A DNA stretch of 59,406 nucleotides, from NCBI GenBank assembly GCA_964523705.1, contig CAZFYA010000004.1:1-59406 (forward strand), read 5' to 3'. The notes beneath the pieces were generated by a model. The model had not been told where the DNA came from and did not search any database. It saw only the letters and a program-made list of their open reading frames with translations. A program made the translations under genes and the position numbers. The DNA comes from an uncultured Gammaproteobacteria bacterium. Its GTDB lineage: Bacteria > Patescibacteriota > Microgenomatia > Levybacterales > UBA12049. Positions 1-9,500 of the stretch are shown here, piece by piece; position 1 is the first letter of the stretch, and each line of letters begins with the position of its first letter.

Positions 1-3000
1 TCAACTTTAAAATATGACTGAATTTGTCCACTATTTACCCTAAGAGAGTAATATTCGGTTGAAGTATATTTATAGATTATCGGCAATGCTCCTGTTGCTG
101 TTGTTTTAAACCAAGCACCATAACTCCAATCACCGGTTCCAGGGTCAAGTGCATTGTTTTCAGTAACAGTTACATAACTACTACTTCCATTAAAGCTTAG
201 TGCCTTTCCAAATTTTCCATTATTGTTCCATGTTGCTGAAGTAATTGTTCCGTTTAAAATACTTCCTCCATAGCCCGAGTTATATACTGTTGTTCCATGC
301 CCTTTATCAAACTTCCAATAACCAACTTGAGATGCAATAGGGGATCCACCAGTAGGATGTCCCGCATTCATATCTTCAACTATTTGCCCAGGGGTGCGGG
401 CGTAATTATATACTTTTACCTCATCCAAAGAAGACTTTAGATATCTACCACTAGCGTTACCAAATTGTAGGTTTGTAGAATTAGATAAGTTTGCAATGGA
501 GGATGATGTTACAGCGCCATTATATATGCCGTCTACATAAAATTTATATGAAGTACCGGATGTTCTTGTAACAGTAATATGGTGCCAACCAGAAGAAGGA
601 ACGTTAGTGAATGGATAGTTAACATTAAAAACACCTGCTGTATCGTTGGTATCAAGAAAATGCAGGTTGGTAACGGGATTTCCAGTTGCAATACCCCATG
701 TATTAGCAGGTGCGCTAGTTGTAAATCCTTTACTTACAATTCCGTTCCAAGTGGAAGATCCACCTAGCGGAAACTTAATCCATGATTCAATAGTAAAATC
801 TCCAGTACCAAAATTGCCAACATTATTACTTAATGAGACATAATCATCGCTTCCGTTAAAACTTCCTCCTTTTCCATATTTTCCAGTTGTCCAGTGACTA
901 CCTGTTCCATACCATGTACCATTGTTTGAATTTCCACTGGAGTCTGCGACAGTGGATCCTGAGGCATCCTCGAAGGACCAATAACCAACCGGTCCTGGAG
1001 CCCAGTTATATAGAGCAGAAACTTCCGAAGAGGAGAGGCCTCGATTATAAATTCTTACTTCATCAAGTTTCCCATCATAATAATAAGAACTTGGGCCGCT
1101 TCCCATATATACATTAGTATTTAAGGGAACTCTTGTGTTCACGGTTGTTCCAACTCTTTGACTCATTGTTTGTTTTACTCCGTTGATATACATTTCGGAG
1201 GAGGTAATATCTCCATTGTTAATAACAAAAACAACGTGTTTCCATCCTCCTGATAATCCAGTCGGAGCTATCCCCCAAATATCAGATGCGTATGTATTAA
1301 TTCCAAAATGACTAGTGCCTATAAAGAAAAGATCCATACTTGAAGATCCTCCAAAATTCATAACCATTTGATTGCTACCAGTACCATCCCAATTCATCCA
1401 AAATGCAACAGTAAACTTACTTCCGCTTGATGTAGGAAGACTTGAGACAGCAGTAGTTGAACTGTCACTTGATCCATTATGGTCTCTTCCATTAGCAAAT
1501 TTTCCATTCGTTACGCTTGTTCCAGTAACTGTACTTGTATATCCATTTCCAGAGCTATCAATAAGGTTTCCAGAGTCTTCATCCATTTTCCAATAACCAA
1601 CTAAACCATTTGACAAAGCATCAGAGAGCTCATTATCTCCTCCAATTTGAGAAGAAACACCCTTAACAGAACCACGAGATGTATAATCTGCCCTTATCTG
1701 CTCTGCTGTCCTTTCGTAGTTATATACTTTTACATCATCGATATAGCCTTTAAACGGATAGGTATTTGAGCCTCTCATTCTGCCGATTTCCCAATTACTT
1801 GTTCCAATGCTTTTACTAACCGTGTTTTCATATTCTTTTACAGTATTATTGCCGTTGATATAAAGGTTGTAATTACCAGAATTATCTCTTGTAAATGTTA
1901 TTTGATACCAGGTGTTGGGTTGAAAGTCATATTGAGTCCCAAATGTTTCATCTGCAATCCATCCATCTACATATCTTGTACCATTAGCGTCTACGCTAAA
2001 GCGAAGTTCAAAACCAGAATTATAGCCTCCTTTGGAAATAATTCCTTGCCATGTGCTATTTGCTATTGCTTTAGTTGTTTTTGCCCAAACTGAAACTGAA
2101 AAAGCGCTAGTGTCAAATTGTAGATTTGAAGGGTTTCCTGCACTCACATAGTCATCAGTGCCATCAAAAAACAAACACTTAGAAGAAATACATTGATTTT
2201 CAGATTGCCAAGTAGCGCCGGTTATTGTTCCATTGTTTTTACTAGTTGTTGAGTCATGGGCTGTTGTTCCATAACCCTCATCAAATTTCCAGTAAGCAAC
2301 AGGTCCTTTAGAGGTTTCTTCTCCCTGATAGTTTATAAACGTATCATTCATTGATTTGTATTCTGCAGCTATCCAATCAGCAGATCTGGCGACCTTTTCA
2401 ACTCTGAATTCATCCAATTTTCCATTTAGAGGATTAACATAACCATCCCCAATAGTAAAAGTACGATCATTAATTGCAGGATAAGAACTGTCATATGTGT
2501 TCCCTGTGAGATATGCCCCGTTTTTATACCATTTATAACTATAGTCACTTGAGTCTCTAACAGCTGTAATATAAACCCATTGGCCTTGAAGACCAACGCT
2601 TGAGGCATAGTTGCTATATGGAACATCATTTCCTCCGTTGCTTCCCATGTACCAACTAAGAGCACAACTTGTTTCAAGAGTCATTGTTGACCATCCGCCA
2701 AAAGCTTGATCGTATGGATTTTGTCTTGAAGGAGAAGCGCAACTATTTATATACATCCAATAGGAGATAGTAGTATCAGCAGTTAAGATAGATGAACCAA
2801 CTGTTCCAAGGCTAATTCCGGTTCCGGATGAGAAATCTACTGCAGGACCTACTTTTCCAGCTTGGTTAAATTTAATTCCTGTTGTTGGTGTTCCACTGGT
2901 GTTTCCAGTGCTATCATTTACAGAGCCACTGCCTGTTGTCCCAGCGGGGTCTGCTAAATGGTAAACAAGTGAATAGTCTGTGGAGCTCCAGGTAGTTGTT

Positions 3001-3515
3001 TTGCTTTGTGCATCAGTTGCGTAAGGGTTTCCATAGTATATAAAGATAGAGTCAGTTGTTGATGAAGCATCAATTTGCGGTACTTCAACCCAAATATATC
3101 CTTGTCTTGTAAATTGATCGAATTTTTCTATTTCATAATCTAACAAAGTAGTACCATCTGAATCAGTAAAGCGAATATCAGCCCCATTAGTTGCTGCTTT
3201 AGCAAAGTCAAAATTACTGGGAGTAAGCTTAACTAAAACCTTAAAATTAGTTAAGTCTTCATCTTGAGCAGAGTTGTTAAAAACTAGTTGCTTTCTATTT
3301 TTCCAGCTATCATCATACCAAGTTGCCTCTGATTTTGTAGCATTGCTTAAGGTATAAATAACACTTGGAATAAGAACTAAAAGAAAAGCAACAACACCGG
3401 TCATTACATATAGCTTTTGTCTACTTGTTAACTTCCCATACCAGGTAACAGGAAGCAAGTGTTTTAAAAATGTTATTGTTTTTTTAATTATTTTTAATAG
3501 ATTAGGTATTTTCAT
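1..3515 (-). CDS. Large membrane-anchored DUF2341 + multi-LamG (concanavalin A-like jellyroll) surface protein, >1170 aa, 3' end runs off the window
   Basis: Not in the ORF track because no stop lies in the window. Manual translation from ATG at 3515 (2 bp after the stop of the 2863-aa gene) gives MKIPNLLKIIKK...TGVVAFLLVLIPSVIITL (TM), then WYDDSWKNRKQLVFNN...DIRFTDSDG...IWVEVP (DUF2341-like). It then has repeated GPVAYWKFDEG / GLVGYWKMDE / GPVGYWSFED ... G.LDEVRIYN LamG units (4 complete, 1 partial). Frame checked at the start, at ~2.3 kb and at base 1. Confidence 0.88.
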   Translation of the reverse strand, partial: MKIPNLLKIIKKTITFLKHLLPVTWYGKLTSRQKLYVMTGVVAFLLVLIPSVIYTLSNATKSEATWYDDSWKNRKQLVFNNSAQDEDLTNFKVLVKLTPSNFDFAKAATNGADIRFTDSDGTTLLDYEIEKFDQFTRQGYIWVEVPQIDASSTTDSIFIYYGNPYATDAQSKTTTWSSTDYSLVYHLADPAGTTGSGSVNDSTGNTSGTPTTGIKFNQAGKVGPAVDFSSGTGISLGTVGSSILTADTTISYWMYINSCASPSRQNPYDQAFGGWSTMTLETSCALSWYMGSNGGNDVPYSNYASSVGLQGQWVYITAVRDSSDYSYKWYKNGAYLTGNTYDSSYPAINDRTFTIGDGYVNPLNGKLDEFRVEKVARSADWIAAEYKSMNDTFINYQGEETSKGPVAYWKFDEGYGTTAHDSTTSKNNGTITGATWQSENQCISSKCLFFDGTDDYVSAGNPSNLQFDTSAFSVSVWAKTTKAIANSTWQGIISKGGYNSGFELRFSVDANGTRYVDGWIADETFGTQYDFQPNTWYQITFTRDNSGNYNLYINGNNTVKEYENTVSKSIGTSNWEIGRMRGSNTYPFKGYIDDVKVYNYERTAEQIRADYTSRGSVKGVSSQIGGDNELSDALSNGLVGYWKMDEDSGNLIDSSGNGYTSTVTGTSVTNGKFANGRDHNGSSDSSTTAVSSLPTSSGSKFTVAFWMNWDGTGSNQMVMNFGGSSSMDLFFIGTSHFGINTYASDIWGIAPTGLSGGWKHVVFVINNGDITSSEMYINGVKQTMSQRVGTTVNTRVPLNTNVYMGSGPSSYYYDGKLDEVRIYNRGLSSSEVSALYNWAPGPVGYWSFEDASGSTVADSSGNSNNGTWYGTGSHWTTGKYGKGGSFNGSDDYVSLSNNVGNFGTGDFTIESWIKFPLGGSSTWNGIVSKGFTTSAPANTWGIATGNPVTNLHFLDTNDTAGVFNVNYPFTNVPSSGWHHITVTRTSGTSYKFYVDGIYNGAVTSSSIANLSNSTNLQFGNASGRYLKSSLDEVKVYNYARTPGQIVEDMNAGHPTGGSPIASQVGYWKFDKGHGTTVYNSGYGGSILNGTITSATWNNNGKFGKALSFNGSSSYVTVTENNALDPGTGDWSYGAWFKTTATGALPIIYKYTSTEYYSLRVNSGQIQSYFKV

Positions 3516-3517
3516 AA

Positions 3518-6500
3518 TTAATTAATAATTAACCAGTTAAACGGTATTGGTTTAGTTGTAAATTCATCAATTCCAATTGTGAATGAACCTTCAATTCCAT
3601 TTAATTCTTGGTCTTCCGGTACTTGTCTTAGAAGATATGGATTTAGTCCATTAACTGAGCCAATTGGAGTAATATAGATTAGAGAATCTTTAGTAATTAA
3701 GTCATTATTAATAGTAATCTCTTTTTGTCTTGCACTTATTGTTGCAATTCCAGCAGATCCGGTTGCAAGTATTTCGTTATCAGATAAGGCTAGAGCTTCT
3801 TTAACAAAGTTTAAATTAAGCTTTCCAAAAGTACCAGAACCTGAAGCAATAATATCTCCTTTTTGGCTAACTGATAGAACTGCTGAATCGCTGGCATTAA
3901 CAATAGCTAAGTCATTATTGGCAATTGGGCTAATTATTCCTGTTGCTAATTTTCCGCCAACCGTTACGTCTTTTGCAAAAGTAGCATTACCTAAAACCGC
4001 TAGGTTGCCGCTTTCATCAATTTTAACTAAACCTGAAAGGAAAGAAATCCCGCCTTGTCTAAGTGGTTGAATTTCAAGGTCTGCTCCTAAAACATTAATT
4101 GCTCCGTCAGCTAAGATTAGATTTCCACCAACTGCTAGTTGTCCGGCAATTGAGGTGTCAGAAAGACTGGTTGGTCCAAATGACATTAAACCTTGAGTAA
4201 AGGTGGCCAGTTTTGTCTGAAGTTTATCAACATAGATAAACTGTCCTGACATTGAGGAGATATCCATATAGTCTGAAGAAACAGGTATTGTTGCTAATTC
4301 ACCAGCTCCTGTTGATTCGTAATAATTATTAGTTATGTATTGAGCAGAGATAGTGCTACTTGATATATTTAATCCTTCTATATTTTCAGCAATAATATTT
4401 TTAGCTCTTAGCGTTCCAGCAAAACTTGCACTTCGGGCGGTCAGGTCGCCCTCAGTGTAAACATTTCCGCTATCATCTATTCTTGCAACTACCTCTTTTG
4501 TTTCACTATTTCTTACCTCAAGTGATGAATTACCAAGTGCTAACTCAACTGTTGAGTCTGATGCTAGAGGAGAGATAATACCTGTTTTTAACGTATCAAT
4601 GCTGGCAATAGGAGAGGAGATTTCGTCTCCTGATATTAAGTAATTATTATTTAATATATTTTCAATAGATGATGCGATGTATTCTTGAATTGTTTGTCCA
4701 CCAATACTTAAACTTTCGGTTGCAATTTCTGAAGCTGACAATGCTCCAGCCTGAAGATTAGCGGCAATAAGAGTTGAGAATCCTCCGGTTCTTTTAATTG
4801 AATTACCAAGACTATCAATTAATGCATAGATTGGTTCTCCAAATTCACTAAAGGTTTTAGCAATTGAAAACTCACTATATATTGGAGAACCGGACATGGT
4901 TGCATCTTCTAGCTTTTCATTGATTAAATCTTCTGCTCCCGGAACAACAAGGCCAGTGATATTTGGATCAGTCTCATCTGAAATATTTCCCCAAGACATG
5001 TGATCAAACCTTGGAGCAGTTAGTCTAAACGAAAGTGAAGTAGGTGAGTCGGAAAGGAAAGTAATTTTCCTATTATCAACATCTTTTTTGTACCAAACCC
5101 TAGAAGAGGAGTCAGGTGTTAAAAGAATTGAAGTAAGAGCGATATTTGGATCAGTTACTCTTGAGAAGAGCCAGAGATCAGATGCAACCTCTTGGTTATT
5201 TAAATCAATGGTATATGAATACGCCTCATCCAGTGCATTATATGAAAGGGAAGCTTTGCCTGTTACTTCTTCTTTTACTCCAACCATTGAGGTTCCATAG
5301 GTTGAATATTTTCCTCCATCAATTGTGTACAAAGGATCAATAGTAGCTGCTGTTAATTTTCCTGTTCCATTTGGACCAACGTAAACATCTCCGTCTGATG
5401 CAACTCTAAATTGAGTTGTTCCGGAATTTGATGCAACTAAAAGATCCGCGCCTGAAGCACTACTTAATTGGTCAATGATAACAGCTGCATTTCCAAGGCT
5501 GTTTTTACTTACATGAAGCCCTGTTGAAGTTAGTGGAGAAGCTGTACCGATTCCAACAGAACCATAGGTAGTAAGTGATGTTCCGGTTGCAGCAGGATCA
5601 AGGAAATAACTGCTATTATCTATATCATAGAATGACGCACCATATAATACACCGGCATTGGTAAGGTAAAACTTGGTTGTTCCTGAAGTGGAAGCAGTTA
5701 GAATATTTTGATCTGTCCCTGTGTAATTTAGATTAACCAAGGCTTTACCTACGGTTTCTCCTTGAACATCTAATCTGCTGTTCGGATCGGTTGTCCCAAT
5801 TCCTACATTGCCGTTATAGTTAATACGCATTCGCTCAGTTGGGGCAGTATCTGTAACCACGTTTCTTGTTCCAAAGATTAAATCCCCATAAGTATTACCA
5901 CTAATTGTTGATATTTCTTGATAACCTATATATCCTGGAAAGTGAGTTGTGCTACCGTCTTTATATCCCATTCCCATTAAGCGATAAGAATTTGCTCCCC
6001 ATTCTTGGCCACCAAGTCCTAAATAGTATGCAGCTGCATTTATTGATGTTGGGGCAGTTTCAGAATCAGTAGATGCTAGTCCAATTTGTAAGTGTGCATC
6101 TGGATCAGATATACCAATGCCCACATCTCCTCTAAATGAGGAAACATTTGTACTTGGATAAAATCTTACTGCATGGTCATCCCAAGCTTCTCCAATGTAT
6201 AAATATGACATTGCATCACCTGAGCCAAATCCTCCATAATTAGCCCAAACAGTGTCTGCAGCATTATTAATAAAGCCATAACCATAAGCCCAGCCTCCAG
6301 ATGACTTATTTGGTCTAATAGCGATACCATTTGCGAAATAGCTATCGAGAATAACCGTAGATGTGTTTGGCCCTGCACCCCGAACTTCTAGTCTTCCAGC
6401 TGCGTCAACAACACCTATGCCAACATAACCATCATTAATGGTCATGCTCACAGCATCATTAGTACCAAATTGTAGATAATCATCTGATATAGTTCCAATT

Positions 6501-9500
6501 AATAAGGCATCGCTTTTGGCATCTGAATAAGCGTTATTCTCTGGGTCATAGTCATTAGTACCAGAAAATCCAATAATTCCACTTGTTCCACCATTATCCT
6601 GAGTTAATTTTAAGAAAGGATTATCAGATTCAGTAGCGTTGTCTATATCTGCTTCAAGATAAATAGCAGCATCAGCAGTATTTTGAATATGTAGATTATA
6701 GCCTGGGCTTATCGTCCCTATCCCTACATTTCCACCCCAGCCATTATCAGGCATAACTATTAAATTTCCGGATACAGAGGCTGTTGCTTGTCCGGAGTTT
6801 AAGTTAAGTACTGCAAACTTGGCAGAAGAGGTTGCTTGTCCACCAATAAGAAGATCTACGGTAGAGTTGTTAGGGTAGAGTGCACCATCTGATTGAGTCC
6901 AATAGCCTGTACTTCCTAAGCTTACCCCTTCAATGTTATTAACATACAATGTGTCCCAATATGCCCCTTCAGAACCTAAATCATAGGTACTATCAGTACT
7001 TGGATTAAAGGTTCCCCCCATGGTAGCTATTAGTCCTGTAGGGGATAAAGAGAGGTATCCAAGTTGATCTGTTTTGATATCAGAATATACAGAGCCGTCA
7101 GTTGATGTTAATCTTAACTGTGTTCCTCCTGCACCTGATAATACATCTAATTTTGCATCAGGGCCTGTTGTGCCGATACCGACATTACCATCTTTTGTAA
7201 ACTCTATAACAGGTATGTTATATTCATTGTTTCTAATAATTCTTAGATCTGCATTGTTTGTTGCATCGTAGCTAATATAATTAGTGCTGTTTCTTGCAAA
7301 GGCTAAGCTATTTGGAGATATAGTAAAATAATTAGTTGGATCTCCTCCATCTGCTAATCTTATTGTGCCTACAACATGAAGTGGGGTATATGGATTGGTT
7401 GTCCCAATTCCTACATTACCATTGTTTAAGATTGTCATTTTTGCTGATAATCCAGAATCTCCCCCAACCGAGGTTTGAAAATCAAGCCTATTCCCATTTA
7501 AAACATCAATAGTAGATGGGGAAGATCCTCTAAAAACCAAAGATCCAGAAGTTGATGCATCCCCGGCAATATCAAGTTTAGCAGTTGGACTCGTTGTTCC
7601 AATTCCAACATTTCCACCCTGGATAGCCATATTTGCTACCCACGAGGAGCTTGTATCTGCAGAAAACTCTAAGCGAGTATTTGTTCTGTCATATCTAAGT
7701 CCGCCACCAGAATATGTATTAACAGTTGTTGCTTGTAGCATTAATGTTGCTGTTGAATTTGCATCAGTTGAAAAATTTCTTAATCTAAATAAAGCATCTT
7801 GTCCAGCTAACGTCTTTTGGGCAACAAATACTCCATCTGGACTCGTTGTTCCAATTCCTACATAACCCGTATTGTCTGCAATAGTTAGGGCATTCGTCCA
7901 TGTATTTGGTCCAGATTTATATTGAAGATTTAAGGCTCCTGTTGGAGCTTTAATTGTATTTACAGCCATGGTTCCTGAAACAGAGGCATTTCCGATGACA
8001 TCTAATTCTTCCAATGGAGAGGTAGTGCCAATGCCTACATCGCCATTATTTGTTATTGTTAATTTGGGAGAGGTGAATCCATCACTATACGCAAAGTAAA
8101 GATTATTTGTAGAATCTTGATCTTGACCAATAGTCCAAGTTGTACTCCCGCCCCTAGCAAATTTAAGGTATTGGCTGCCGGTTGACCAGTTAGCTCCACC
8201 ATTTAGTAACAGTCCGACATCTGTGGCTGAAAGTTCCAATTTTTCATTTGGATTTATAGTTCCAATTCCCACATTTCCACCCCAGCCATTAGTTGGCATG
8301 ACAATAAGGTTTCCAGAAACAGAAGCTGTTGCTTGTCCTGAATTAAGATTAAGTACTGCAAATTTAGCGCTTACTGTTGATTGACCACCAACCAATAAAT
8401 CAACAGTAGGGTTGTTAGGATATAAAGTGCCATCTAATTCTGATTGAGTCCAATAGCCTGTACTTCCTAAACTTACACCTTCAATGTTGTTTACATATAA
8501 TGTATCCCATTTTCTATCAGTTGAACCAAGATTATATGTACTATCAACAGAAGGATTAAAGGTCCCTCCCATGGTTGCAATTAGTCCTGTTGGAGCAAAG
8601 GAGAGGTATCCAAGTTGATCTACTTTGATATCGGAATATACAGAACCGTCAGTAGAGGTTAGTCTTAATTGGGTTCCACCTGCTGCTGATAGAACATCCA
8701 GTCTTGCATCAGGTCCTGTTGTTCCAATTCCAACATTTCCTGAATTGTTAATAATAAACTTAGTAGCTCCTGAAGCAGAAGCAGAGAAAATATCCCCTGT
8801 TCCTGTTTGATTAAATGTTACTAATCCATTTGAGCCAGTATTGCCTGAAACGGATAGTTTTGAAATTGGAGTTAAGTCTCCAACTCCTAAGTTACCGTTA
8901 GAATTAAGTATCATTTTAGTTGAATTATTAACTCCGAAATAAAGATTTTTAGAAGCAGCTGTATTTAAGTAAGTTGTTCCGTCGTCTTTTTGCAGCAATG
9001 CAAAGCCATTTCTATTAGCATAAGTAGCCATAGTAGTGTTGCTAAAATAAGCATAGTAGTTATTTGAGCCGTGTCCTTCGCTAAAAGCTCCACCATCACC
9101 AATTGCCGCATAACCAATTCTTGCGCCTTTATTTATCGTAGATGGATAAACATCTAAGGCTTGAGTAGGACTTATCGTCCCTATCCCCACATTCCCACCC
9201 CAGCCGTTAGTTGGCATGACAATAAGGTTTCCGGAAACAGAAGCTGTAACTTGGTTATTAGCAATACCAGTTACAGAGAATAGGGCAGAGGATGTTGCGC
9301 TTGAACCCAAAAGAAGATCATCGGTTATATTTCTTGGTGATAATGCACCCAGTACTCTTTGCCATTCATTACTGGCAACAGTTGTACCAACAAGGTTATT
9401 TACATAAATTGTATCCCAGTATGCATCAGTTGATCCAAGATTGTATGTAGAGTCAACACTTGGATTAAAGGTTCCTCCCATGGTGGCAATAAGTCCTGTT

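Noticed and set aside
579-2677. Short ORF-track calls (579-767, 646-843, 887-1117, 1372-1596, 1902-2093, 2426-2677)
   Set aside because: Shadows or alternative frames of the long minus-strand LamG gene.
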